Positions 8,664 to 17,488 are shown, counted from the stretch's first letter. The stretch is 53,727 nucleotides of DNA from a candidate division WOR-3 bacterium (GCA_020352555.1 CP070680.1:1991569-2045295); one strand, 5' to 3'. A program made the numbers and translations. The notes: a model not told the origin generated them from the letters alone.

Positions 8664-11237
8664 ATGAGCCGGAAGCAGAAGCCCCGACACGCATCCCGGC
8701 GCTGGATTCTGTCCCTGACCCTGTTCGGCGCTGGTCTCTGCGGGCTGGTCCTTGAAGTGGTATGGATCCGCAACCTCGGACTGGTATTCGGCGCCAACAC
8801 CCATGCGATGAGCACGGTGCTGGCCGCATACATGGCCGGGCTTGCTCTTGGCAGCCTGCTGGTCGGACGCTGGGCCGGGCGGCCAGAACGCACCCGGATC
8901 GGCCTGTCCCGTACGTATGCCATACTGCTCGCTGGTCTGGGTGTGACCGGCGTGCTGGTGACCCTGTTCTCAACCAGGATCTCGGTCGTGGCCGTTCCTC
9001 TGCTCAGGGCCGTGGGATGGAACTCAGGGGTATCTGTCGCAATCCGGGGTTTGATGGGGTTCGTCATCCTGCTCGTGCCGACGTTCATCATCGGCGGGAT
9101 GTTACCGGTCGTGGCCCAGTTGTCAGTCGAGGACAGCTCGAGGGTCGGCCAGCGCCTGGCGATGCTGTACTTCGTCAACACCCTCGGCTCGGTTGCCGGT
9201 ACTCTGCTGGCCGGTTTCCTGCTTCTGGAAAAGCTCGGCGTGACCGGGACCGCGCTGCTCGCTGGAATTGTCAGCCTGTTGCTTGCGCCGTTCGCGCTGG
9301 CAGTAGGAGGCAGGACGGTCACGACGGCTCATGTCAAACCTCAACCCGGATCTGCCCAGCAGGTTCACTACTCGCGTCCGGCGGTGGCCGTCCTTGTGAT
9401 CGGGTTCGCTGTGTCCGGGTTCGCGGCACTCGGCTACGAGGTCACGTGGACCAGGGCTCTGGTCATGGTATTGGGCCAGCCTATCTACGGTGCCACGGTC
9501 GTGCTTGCCGCGTTTCTGCTCGGACTGGCGGTCGGTAGCATCGCGGCCGGGAGGCTTAGCGACCGCTGGTCCGATCCGCTGCTCGGGTTCGGCATCGTCG
9601 AGCTCATCATCGGGATAAGTGCAGCGCTCACGCTGGCGGTCCTTGCCCGCTCACCCGCAATCCTGGTCTGGATCACAGACCAGTTCGGCGCCACCTGGGC
9701 CGGGCTGATGTTCGGGCTGGCCGGTTTCTGTCTCGGCGCCATGCTGCTTCCTGCGTTCTGGATGGGCACCACGTTCCCGATTGCCAACCGGGCCTTTGTC
9801 CCCGAACTCAGACGGCTCGGCGCCAAGGTCGGCACCCTGTACGCGGTCAACACGGTCGGTGCGCTGTTGGGTTCGATTGTCACCGGCTTCTTCATCATCC
9901 CAGCACTCGGCACTGTGCAGACTAACCTGCTCCTCGCCGGACTCAGCCTCGCAGTCGGCGCAGCTGCAGTCCTTTCCGCCAAGTCGAGTGCACGGGTCAA
10001 GATGCCGGTTCTCGCTGTGTTGGGGGGGGTGCTCGTGCTCGTCGCTGTGTTTGCCACCCCGCACCGGCTAAAGGTGTTGCCCCCCACCCTCGCAGTAGAC
10101 CAGGGCACGACATGGCAAGTCAGCTTTCACAAGGAGACGGTCGAAGGCATCGTGACCACTGCCCAGAGCCGAGCCGGGGACAGACAGACCTGGGTCAACT
10201 CCAGCGTGGTCTGCGGCAGTGGACTGCCCGCGCTCAAGCCGGTACGCCAGATGGGGATCATCCCGTTTGCCGTCCGCCCGGCGCCGAGGGACATCCTCAT
10301 CATCGGCTACGGACTCGGGGTCGCGGCCTCGCTCCTGGTGGACATCAGCCGACACGAAGTGGACTGTGTCGAGATCGCACCCGCAGTGGTCGAGGCCTCA
10401 CGCGAGTTCGCCCGGTGGAACAACCGGGTGTACGACAATGCTCGGCTCAACATCATGGCCGGCGACGGCCGCAACTACCTGCTCTGCACCGACAAGAAGT
10501 ACGACGCCATCTCCTGCGACCCGACCCATCCTGCACTCGGCTCAGGTGCGCTGTACACCCGGGAGTTCTACGAACTCTGCAATGACCGCCTGCGCGACGG
10601 CGGCATCCTCACGATGTACCTGCCGTTTCACTTGCTTGAAAGCAGGCACTTCCGCATGCTGCTCAACACATTCCGGGTGGCGTTTCCGGAATGCGCACTC
10701 TGGCGCGGCATCGCCCACTGCGTATTGGTAGGCCGCAAGTCTCATCGAGTCGAACTCGACCCCGGGCATCTGACCGAGCTCTTCGACCGGTTGTCGACTT
10801 CGACGCAGATGGCATTGAGCGAGGTATTCGTCGACGGCCCGGTAGAGCTGCTGAGCGGCATGGTCCTCGACTCTGAGGGTCTGGCCAGCATCAGTCAGGA
10901 CGCTGGGCTGTTCGTCGACGACCAACCCGAACTGGAGTACGTGGGAGCACGCGCACCCGACAACCGGACTTGGCGCGAGAATGCGCAGCTTGTGCTCGAC
11001 AACTGGACCGGGCCAGGAGAAGCTCTGTTGCCGGGCGACTCGGTCTTTGCGAACGCGTTGTCGTCAGCAATGATGGCTGAGAAGTCGCGCTTTCAGGCCA
11101 CCATCCACGCGGTCGCAGGTAAGTCCGATGACCAGATCCGCGAACTCGAACGGGCACTAGAGTACAATCCCGAGGACCGCGAGGCACAGCACATTCTCCG
11201 AATGTCGACTTTTGGCAGAAGCGTGAACACCAGATGA
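8664..11237 (+). CDS. fused polytopic membrane / spermidine synthase-like aminopropyltransferase with C-terminal TPR-like tail
   Basis: 857 aa. About 12 TM helices, then ILIIGYGLGVAAS (SAM-binding GxGxG) and YDAISCDPTHP. Resembles fused MFS/spermidine synthase proteins. Confidence 0.85.
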   Translation: MSRKQKPRHASRRWILSLTLFGAGLCGLVLEVVWIRNLGLVFGANTHAMSTVLAAYMAGLALGSLLVGRWAGRPERTRIGLSRTYAILLAGLGVTGVLVTLFSTRISVVAVPLLRAVGWNSGVSVAIRGLMGFVILLVPTFIIGGMLPVVAQLSVEDSSRVGQRLAMLYFVNTLGSVAGTLLAGFLLLEKLGVTGTALLAGIVSLLLAPFALAVGGRTVTTAHVKPQPGSAQQVHYSRPAVAVLVIGFAVSGFAALGYEVTWTRALVMVLGQPIYGATVVLAAFLLGLAVGSIAAGRLSDRWSDPLLGFGIVELIIGISAALTLAVLARSPAILVWITDQFGATWAGLMFGLAGFCLGAMLLPAFWMGTTFPIANRAFVPELRRLGAKVGTLYAVNTVGALLGSIVTGFFIIPALGTVQTNLLLAGLSLAVGAAAVLSAKSSARVKMPVLAVLGGVLVLVAVFATPHRLKVLPPTLAVDQGTTWQVSFHKETVEGIVTTAQSRAGDRQTWVNSSVVCGSGLPALKPVRQMGIIPFAVRPAPRDILIIGYGLGVAASLLVDISRHEVDCVEIAPAVVEASREFARWNNRVYDNARLNIMAGDGRNYLLCTDKKYDAISCDPTHPALGSGALYTREFYELCNDRLRDGGILTMYLPFHLLESRHFRMLLNTFRVAFPECALWRGIAHCVLVGRKSHRVELDPGHLTELFDRLSTSTQMALSEVFVDGPVELLSGMVLDSEGLASISQDAGLFVDDQPELEYVGARAPDNRTWRENAQLVLDNWTGPGEALLPGDSVFANALSSAMMAEKSRFQATIHAVAGKSDDQIRELERALEYNPEDREAQHILRMSTFGRSVNTR

Positions 11238-11423
11238 AAAGCGCCCCGGCTCGCGCCGGGGCGTTCAACAAAGAGGTCGATGGTTCCCAAGAGCCGTGAA
11301 GCGATTCACGGTGAGTGGCCGGGAACCTAGTGTCTGTGCAACGCACGGACACCTTTGCGGCCAACTCAATCTCGATTACCCGTTGGCAGAGAGGGTTCGG
11401 CCGACACTGAGGTCAACCCTACC
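11237..11423 (-). ncRNA. candidate structured small RNA (about 190 nt), unclassified
   Basis: The minus-strand promoter (11430..11458) predicts a TSS near 11423. Four consecutive hairpins follow: 11392-11420, 11330-11352, nested 11282-11327, and GC-rich 11241-11264. On the minus strand the last hairpin is followed by UUUU. No ORF longer than 19 codons. Confidence 0.3.
11241..11264. terminator. GC-rich hairpin GCGCCCCGGC-TCGC-GCCGGGGCG(T)
   Basis: 10-bp stem starting 3 nt after the stop of 8664..11237. An A-tract lies on the plus-strand 5' side, so it is a canonical intrinsic terminator only for a minus-strand transcript. Confidence 0.6.
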
Positions 11424-11429
11424 ACTTCC

Positions 11430-11458
11430 AGAGTAGCTCCCCCTGAATCGACTGTCAA
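11430..11458 (-). promoter_or_regulatory. sigma70-like promoter TTGACA-N17-TACTCT (minus strand)
   Basis: Plus-strand tgtcaa at 11453..11458 and agagta at 11430..11435. The -10 keeps T1, A2 and T6. Confidence 0.4.
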
Positions 11459-11750
11459 GCAACTCCTCTAGTCACGTTAGTCCCTGTATCATAGCAACTT
11501 ACGTCGGTTTGACACTTCTACACATATGTCACAGAAATGCGCGTCGGGCTAGGTGTTTGTGGGACATTCGGTTAGAATGATGCCCCCCTCAGAGACATAC
11601 AATGAAGCCACTCTTGACCAGCCAACCGTTTGAGGGGGAAGACGTTACATGATGGCAGGACTCCAGACTCCACCCTTCTGCCGACTAAGACCGCTATAAT
11701 CATACAGTTAGTCTATGAGGCGCGCCGATTGGACGCGCCTCTCCGGTCGT

Positions 11751-11779
11751 TTGACAACGGTCCTGCCTCCCTGTACAAT
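11751..11779 (+). promoter_or_regulatory. near-consensus sigma70 promoter TTGACA-N17-TACAAT for the Lol-like operon
   Basis: Read directly. About 70-nt 5' UTR with a small hairpin (GCAAC-TATAG-GTTGC), then a GGGAGGAG SD and ATG 11857. Confidence 0.65.
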
Positions 11780-11856
11780 CCCTGCAACTATAGGTTGCCT
11801 CGTGGCACGCACTCGCCTAAGTCGCTTTATTTTGGCTCGTTACCTCGGGAGGAGCA

Positions 11857-12567
11857 ATGCGCCCTACTGACGACAATGTGGTAGTTGAGACCAAGGGCGT
11901 CACAAAGACCTACCGGGTCGGCAAGGTCGAGATGCCGGCCCTGCGCGGCGTCAGTTTGGCGGTGAAGGAAGGTGAATTCACCGCCATCGTGGGCCCGTCG
12001 GGCTCGGGCAAGACTACATTGCTCAACATCATCGGGTGCATCGACGACCCGACCTCAGGCGACGTCATCATCGGCAGCGAGCCGGTTTCCAGCCTGAGCC
12101 AGCGCCAACGGGCCGTGGTCCGCAAGCGCTCCATCGGCTTCGTTTTCCAGACCTTCAATCTCGTGCCCGTGCTCTCGGCCTACGAGAATGTCGAACTGCC
12201 TCTCATCCTGCTCCGGGAATCACCCGGCCAGCGAAAGGAGAAGGTCGAGAGGATGCTGGGCCTGGTCGGCCTCGGCGAGCTGCTGCACCGGCGACCCAAC
12301 GAGATGTCGGGCGGCCAGCAGCAGCGCGTGGCCGTGGCCCGGGCCCTGGTCAAGGAGCCGCGGATGGTCCTGGCCGACGAACCGACCGCCAACCTCGACT
12401 CGACCACCGGCGAGGGAATCCTCAAGCTGATGCGCGACCTCAATCAGGAGCTCAAGACCACCTTCATCTTCTCCACCCACGACAGGATGGTGATGGACTT
12501 CGCCCGCCGTCTCGTCGTGCTCAAGGATGGCCGCATCGTCGAAGATAAGACCAAGGAACCGCAATGA
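11857..12567 (+). CDS. ABC transporter ATP-binding protein (LolD/MacB-type)
   Basis: Walker [10 protein letters not shown], signature [15 protein letters not shown], Walker B MVLADEPT. Strong SD. Confidence 0.95.
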   Translation: MRPTDDNVVVETKGVTKTYRVGKVEMPALRGVSLAVKEGEFTAIVGPSGSGKTTLLNIIGCIDDPTSGDVIIGSEPVSSLSQRQRAVVRKRSIGFVFQTFNLVPVLSAYENVELPLILLRESPGQRKEKVERMLGLVGLGELLHRRPNEMSGGQQQRVAVARALVKEPRMVLADEPTANLDSTTGEGILKLMRDLNQELKTTFIFSTHDRMVMDFARRLVVLKDGRIVEDKTKEPQ

Positions 12568-13808
12568 GGTGGCTGCGACTGGCCTGGCGTAACGTCTTCC
12601 GGCACCGCCGCCGGACCGTGATAACGTTCGCGGCGATATCGGCCGGCATCGGCTACATGATCCTGATGGACAGCTTCATGGGCGGGTTCGAGCTCTATTC
12701 GATGCGCAACTTCGTCGACCAGGAGGCGGGTCACCTCAAGGTCCACGCCCAAGGGTACCGCGACGAGGAGAACGTGATGCCGCTGGATGTCGTCATCAAC
12801 GACCCGGCCGTGGTGATGGGTGCGATTCGCGACAAGCTCGGGTACGACAGGATGACCGCGCGGATCGTGTTCCGGGGCGAGCTCTCCGACGGCGTCGATC
12901 AGCTCCCGGTGGTCGGCATCGGTATCGACACCGCGACCGACCGGAGGGTGTTCGACTACCGCGGGGCGGTCACCCGGGGGCGGTTCCTCGCCGATAGGCT
13001 CGACATCCTGATCGGGCAGAACCTGGCCCGCGATATGGGCATCGACACCGGCGACTACGTGACGGTGGTCGCCCGGACCCGGAAGGAGAGCTGGAACGCG
13101 TACGACTTCACCGTCGCCGGGCTGCTCGGGACATCGGACATGTTCATCGACATGAACTCGGTGGTGATGGACATCAGGACCGCCGACGAGCTGCTGCAGA
13201 TGGACGGCGCGGTGACCGAGATACCGATAAGGCTCGCCGGCATGGACGCGGCGGCCCCGGCGAAGAAACGCTTCCGGCAGGCGACCGCCGAGGTGCCGGA
13301 ACTAGCCGGGCTCGAGGCCTGGACGTGGCGCGAACTCGGCGAGCTGATCTTCCAGATAACCGGGACCAAACAGGCGGGTGGATTCATCCTGACGTTCGTC
13401 GTCATCGTCATCGCCGCGGTCGGCATCATCAACACGATGCTGATGGCGGTGATGGAACGGACCCGGGAAATCGGCACGATGCGGGCGCTCGGCTTCGGGT
13501 TCAAGGAGGTAGTGGGGCTGTTTCTGTGGGAGGGGGCGTTGATCGGCGTATTCGGCAGCTTCCTCGGCGCGGCGATGGGCGTTGCCAGCGCGCTGTTCCT
13601 CGATTTCCTCGCCCTCGACGTCACCAACCTGATGCCCGGCGGCTTCCAGTCGCTCCTGCCGATGCGGATGATAATGTACACCGACGTCGACCCGACGTTC
13701 GTCCTGCGGGCGATACTGCTCGGGATCGGCGTATCGCTGCTGGCGACGCTGATTCCCGCCCGGCGGGCCGCGCGGATCCAGCCGGCCGAAGCGCTCCGGC
13801 ACGTCTAG
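12564..13808 (+). CDS. ABC transporter permease, FtsX/LolC-LolE family
   Basis: 414 aa. N-terminal TM, a large extracytoplasmic domain, and a C-terminal FtsX-like 3-TM bundle (MERTREIGTMRALG). ATGA overlap with the ATPase gene. Confidence 0.9.
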   Translation: MRWLRLAWRNVFRHRRRTVITFAAISAGIGYMILMDSFMGGFELYSMRNFVDQEAGHLKVHAQGYRDEENVMPLDVVINDPAVVMGAIRDKLGYDRMTARIVFRGELSDGVDQLPVVGIGIDTATDRRVFDYRGAVTRGRFLADRLDILIGQNLARDMGIDTGDYVTVVARTRKESWNAYDFTVAGLLGTSDMFIDMNSVVMDIRTADELLQMDGAVTEIPIRLAGMDAAAPAKKRFRQATAEVPELAGLEAWTWRELGELIFQITGTKQAGGFILTFVVIVIAAVGIINTMLMAVMERTREIGTMRALGFGFKEVVGLFLWEGALIGVFGSFLGAAMGVASALFLDFLALDVTNLMPGGFQSLLPMRMIMYTDVDPTFVLRAILLGIGVSLLATLIPARRAARIQPAEALRHV

Positions 13809-13816
13809 GGGCGATC

Positions 13817-15064
13817 ATGGGAACCAAGTACCTGATCCGGATGGCGCTGCGCAACCTGGCGCGCAACACCCGCCGCAGTTTCCTTTCCGCCCTCAGCCTC
13901 GTCATCGCACTGGCGATGATAGTGTTCGCCCAGGGGTTCATCCGCGGGATGCTCGACAAGACCGAAGACAACACCGCCCGGTACAAGACCGGGCACGTCC
14001 GCATCGCGGACGAGGAGTACCTGCGACAGGAACGGCTGCTGCCGTTGTCCGAGGCGGTGACGACCGGCCCGGCGCTGGACGATATCATCGGGGCGCTGCC
14101 CGGCGTGGCCGCGCGGACCGACCGCATCCGTTTCGGGGTCCTGCTCGACCACGACGACAACAGCGTGCCGGCGATGGGGCTGGCCGCAGACCCGGATATG
14201 GAGCGGGACGTGTTCCGGCTCCAGGACGCGATCGTCGACGGCGAGTACCTGAGCGGCTCGGACAACGAAGTCATCATGGGCACCGGGCTGGCCGATGAAC
14301 TCGGCATCGGCGTCGGCGACACGCTGGTGCTGATAACCCAGACCGCCTACGGCTCGCCGACCGGGGCGAACCTCGTGGTCAGGGGAACGGTGAGGACCGG
14401 CGCGGGCCAGATCGACGCCACCCACTTCTTCATGACCTTGGCCAGCGCCCAGGATCTGCTCGACATGGACGGGCGGGTCAGCGAGGTCGTACTCATGCTC
14501 GACGACCGGGACCGCGCCGCGTCGGCCTCCACGGCTCTCCAGCAGCGGCTCGACGAGGCCGGTTTCACAGGCATCCGGGCGCTCGGCATCGACTCCGACG
14601 TCATGATATCGTTCTTCGGCATGGCCGAGGCGATCTACTTCTTCATCTACCTGATCATCCTCGCGGTCGCGAGCACCGCCATCATCAACACGATGATGAT
14701 GGTCGTGTTCGAGCGCACCCGTGAGATCGGCATGATGAAGGCTCTCGGGATGACCAACCGGTCGGTCATCGGCGTGCTGGTGCTCGAATCCGCGTTCATC
14801 GGCCTTGGCGGCAGCGTCGCCGGGGTCCTGTTCGGCGCCGCGCTGGTGCTGGGGCTCTCCAGCGGCGGGGGCATCGACTTCAGCGGCGCGCTCGGTGGCG
14901 AGGCCAACCCGACATTGATGAGCGGCGTCGTCCACCCGCAGCTGACCACGATGGCAATCGCGTCCAGCTTCCTGCTCGGACTGCTGCTTTCGTTCGCGGT
15001 CGGCGTAGTATCTACCCGCCGGGTCGCCAGGATGAACCCGGCTCAGGCTTTGAGGACAATCTGA
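13817..15064 (+). CDS. ABC transporter permease, FtsX/LolC-LolE family (second paralog)
   Basis: ATG 13817 gives MGTKYLIRMALRNLARNTRRS..., with FERTREIGMMKALG. The ORF-track start 13325 lies inside the previous gene in an Arg-rich frame. Confidence 0.9.
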   Translation: MGTKYLIRMALRNLARNTRRSFLSALSLVIALAMIVFAQGFIRGMLDKTEDNTARYKTGHVRIADEEYLRQERLLPLSEAVTTGPALDDIIGALPGVAARTDRIRFGVLLDHDDNSVPAMGLAADPDMERDVFRLQDAIVDGEYLSGSDNEVIMGTGLADELGIGVGDTLVLITQTAYGSPTGANLVVRGTVRTGAGQIDATHFFMTLASAQDLLDMDGRVSEVVLMLDDRDRAASASTALQQRLDEAGFTGIRALGIDSDVMISFFGMAEAIYFFIYLIILAVASTAIINTMMMVVFERTREIGMMKALGMTNRSVIGVLVLESAFIGLGGSVAGVLFGAALVLGLSSGGGIDFSGALGGEANPTLMSGVVHPQLTTMAIASSFLLGLLLSFAVGVVSTRRVARMNPAQALRTI

Positions 15065-15846
15065 TGAAACGCAAATCCCGCCAATACCGGCTTTCCGCCA
15101 GCCTTGTGTTCCCGGCGGTCGCTGTCCTGCTCAGCGTTACCCCGGCCTCCGCCGAACTGACTGCTGACAGCATCATCGACCGGCTTGACGACAATTCCAC
15201 GGCCGCGTCGCTCAGCTTCGCGGCCAAGATGACCATAAGCCTAGGCGGGCAGACTCGCGAGAAATCGTTTGAGGGGTATGCAGACTCGTCCAGAAGGGCC
15301 TACTTCGAGTTCACAGCTCCGTCGCGGGACCGCAATACCCGGTTCCTACGTGACGGCTCGGACATGTGGATGTGGCTGCCCCGGGTAGGCAAGAGCACCA
15401 AACTCTCGGGCCACCTACTGCGCCAGTCGATGATGGGCTCGGACTTCTCCTACTCCGACGCCGCGGAGAACAGCCGCCTGCTGGACGACTACCAGGCCAG
15501 ACTGCTCGGCACCGACACCGTCATGCACCACGGTGACGCCAAGACCTGCTACGTGGTTGAACTGACCGCGAAGACCGAAGATGTGGACTACGCACGGCAG
15601 AAAGTCTGGGTAACGCCTGACGATTTTATCGCGGCCAAGGTTGAGTTCTATGCCGCCTCCGGCAAACTGCTCAAGGAAATGAGAGTCATGAGCTACCAGC
15701 TGCTGAAGGGCAGAAACTACCCCACCAAGGTGCAGATGACCAACCTGCTGCGCAAGGACACCTATACCGTGATGGAATTCACCGACATCGAACTCGACCC
15801 GACCATACCGGACGAGGTCTTCACCAAGAGCTACCTCGAGAGATAG
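15064..15846 (+). CDS. LolA-like outer-membrane lipoprotein-sorting protein
   Basis: Signal peptide, 260 aa, ...MWMWLPRVGKSTKLSGHLLRQSMMGSDFSYSD.... Resembles the LolA-like family commonly encoded after FtsX permease pairs. TGATG overlap with the upstream stop. Confidence 0.8.
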   Translation: MKRKSRQYRLSASLVFPAVAVLLSVTPASAELTADSIIDRLDDNSTAASLSFAAKMTISLGGQTREKSFEGYADSSRRAYFEFTAPSRDRNTRFLRDGSDMWMWLPRVGKSTKLSGHLLRQSMMGSDFSYSDAAENSRLLDDYQARLLGTDTVMHHGDAKTCYVVELTAKTEDVDYARQKVWVTPDDFIAAKVEFYAASGKLLKEMRVMSYQLLKGRNYPTKVQMTNLLRKDTYTVMEFTDIELDPTIPDEVFTKSYLER

Positions 15847-15873
15847 CGGCGCGCCGAGGATATCGGCACGCCG
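15847..15873. terminator. bidirectional hairpin between convergent genes
   Basis: CGGCGCGCCGA-GGATA-TCGGCACGCCG, an 11-bp stem with one mismatch, starting 1 nt after the stop of 15064..15846. Confidence 0.55.
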
Positions 15874-15890
15874 CAACAAGGGAGTTCAGA

Positions 15891-16673
15891 CTAGAAACAG
15901 CCCATATTTGCGCCGTCGGAAGCTGCTCCTAGGCATGGGGAGGATGCCTTCAAGGTGTAGTCCCCGCTATCCAGGTCGGTGAACTCGGGGTCCTCGAAGA
16001 TGTTGCCCTCCCCTTCTGAAACCCGGTCGAGGTCAGTGCCGTTGTTGTGCAGGCAGTTGTATTCGACCTTGATCCCACCCTCATTCTCGTCCGTCACGAT
16101 GCCACGTCCCGTGAATGCAACAATGCAATTGGTAACCTCCGTATCCTCATTGTCTTCCGGCGAGTAGATGCCGGATACTTCGTTGTCGGTGACAGTGCAG
16201 TGGTCGACAACCGCAGATGGACTGCCGCCGAAGCTGGTGAAGTATATGCCCCGATCTCCGTTGCCGGTCACCAGGCAATGATGGATCTTATGGGAACCGT
16301 CTTTGATGTAGATGCCGTGCGATGAAGCGTCCCGTAACGTGAACCCGGATACCTCGCAGTCATCAGCGTCAATCGTCAGAGCAGCGTAGTCGCCACCGGC
16401 ATCGATGATTGCTACACCCGGACCGGCACCGACGAGCACGATGCCTCCGGGTTCCTTGATCTCCACTCCGCCCCTATAAGTGCCCTGCTTTACGTAGATA
16501 ACATAGCCCTCGTCGGCCTCGTCAAGCGCGGAGCTGATCGTGGTGTGGTTGCCCGAACCATCCTGAGCGACCACGATATCGGCATCGGGAACCGCCAAAG
16601 TCAGCTTCTTGGCACATCCTATCAAGGCCACGCACGCAGCAGACGCCAGCAGCAGCAACTGCTTGTAGGTCAT
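15891..16673 (-). CDS. lipoprotein with right-handed parallel beta-helix repeats
   Basis: Lipobox VALIGC. Repeated G-x-Y/I blocks (HGIYI, RGIYF, SGIYS). AAGGAGG SD 7 nt before ATG 16673; the ORF track starts two codons earlier at 16679. Confidence 0.8.
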   Translation of the reverse strand: MTYKQLLLLASAACVALIGCAKKLTLAVPDADIVVAQDGSGNHTTISSALDEADEGYVIYVKQGTYRGGVEIKEPGGIVLVGAGPGVAIIDAGGDYAALTIDADDCEVSGFTLRDASSHGIYIKDGSHKIHHCLVTGNGDRGIYFTSFGGSPSAVVDHCTVTDNEVSGIYSPEDNEDTEVTNCIVAFTGRGIVTDENEGGIKVEYNCLHNNGTDLDRVSEGEGNIFEDPEFTDLDSGDYTLKASSPCLGAASDGANMGCF

Positions 16674-16697
16674 GAACATCCTCCTTTTCTGCCGGTG

Positions 16698-16725
16698 ATT
16701 ATGTCCAGCCCCTGACGGTTGTCAA
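16698..16725 (-). promoter_or_regulatory. sigma70-like promoter TTGACA-N16-CATAAT (minus strand)
   Basis: Plus-strand tgtcaa at 16720..16725 and attatg at 16698..16703. Drives the SD-led beta-helix lipoprotein gene. Confidence 0.5.
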
Positions 16726-16770
16726 TCCAGTGGCTCGGCCTTGAAGCCGCTTCTCAAGAAGTCACAGGGG

Positions 16771-16799
16771 TTGTCAAGTCCGGCTCGGTATGCTAAAAT
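16771..16799 (+). promoter_or_regulatory. promoter TTGTCA-N17-TAAAAT ending 7 nt before GTG 16807 (leaderless type)
   Basis: Read directly. No SD can fit in the 7-nt gap. Confidence 0.55.
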
Positions 16800-16806
16800 T
16801 CTGCAG

Positions 16807-17355
16807 GTGAAGGCGTTACAGTACAGCGTCGTAGTCCTTCCGAAGCTGGACAACGAGGCTGAGATTCAGCGGCTTCGGGAGAAGTACGATCCGGGGTTCT
16901 ACCAGATACGGCCACACATACCCATCATCCTGCCCTTTACCCCGGCCACGATCGACGAACTGCAGGGGATTAGTGACTACATCAGTGTGTCGCGGCGCAA
17001 GCTGCACGCACGGGCAATAAGCTTCCACGAATGCATCGAGAGCGGCGACCGCCTGTTTTTCGTGGTTGATCAAGGCAAGGGCGACATAATGGCCCTGCAC
17101 CACGCTCTGCAGGGATGCGAAGTAACCTCGCTCGTCAGTGAAGGCGACTACGAACCACGCCTTATGCTGGGGCGCATCCCAGACCCAGAACAGAGGGGTC
17201 TTGCCTTGCGCGAGGCCCAGACTATCGGCCGCACCCTCGGCATTGTGGATTCTGTCTCGATGCTGAGAATCAGCCCACACGGCGAACTGAAACTTGTCGC
17301 CAACTACCCCTTCGGTATCGGAAGGGTGGACCACTTTCATCACCTCCGGGCTTGA
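16807..17355 (+). CDS. 2H-phosphoesterase/LigT-like fold protein with degenerate catalytic motifs (tentative)
   Basis: In-frame GTG 16807 follows the promoter. VKALQYSVVVLP...RPHIPIILPF...YEPRLMLGRI resembles the two HxT/S strands of 2H enzymes, but the residues are altered. The ORF-track TTG 16741 would lie upstream of the -35 element. Confidence 0.5.
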   Translation: MKALQYSVVVLPKLDNEAEIQRLREKYDPGFYQIRPHIPIILPFTPATIDELQGISDYISVSRRKLHARAISFHECIESGDRLFFVVDQGKGDIMALHHALQGCEVTSLVSEGDYEPRLMLGRIPDPEQRGLALREAQTIGRTLGIVDSVSMLRISPHGELKLVANYPFGIGRVDHFHHLRA

Positions 17356-17370
17356 CACGCAGCTGGCGCC

Positions 17371-17394
17371 CCGTGGCTGGAGCCAGCTTCACGG
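17371..17394. terminator. hairpin CCGTG-GCTGG-AG-CCAGC-TT-CACGG between convergent genes
   Basis: Seen directly, 16 nt after the stop of 16807..17355. No U-tract. Confidence 0.35.
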
Positions 17395-17488
17395 ATCACG
17401 AGTTGAAGCCCGGGACTTCGGCCCCTCGTCAAGCCACGCCACGTGGCCGACGCCAGTCAGTCTTCCCTGGCAGCAGTCGGGAACCGAA

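Noticed and set aside
8084-9322. 412-aa ORF antisense to the spermidine-synthase-like gene. The same class includes 13805..14935 (-), 25917..27383 (-), 36168..37475 (+), 39589..40569 (+), 45207..46373 (+), 45481..46311 (-), 32505..33239 (-), 33113..33928 (-) and 9485..10108 (-).
   Set aside because: All lie opposite or out of frame to genes with clear family motifs. They are Arg/Pro/Gly/Ala-rich with no recognisable domain. This is the expected behaviour of stop-poor alternative frames in GC-rich DNA.
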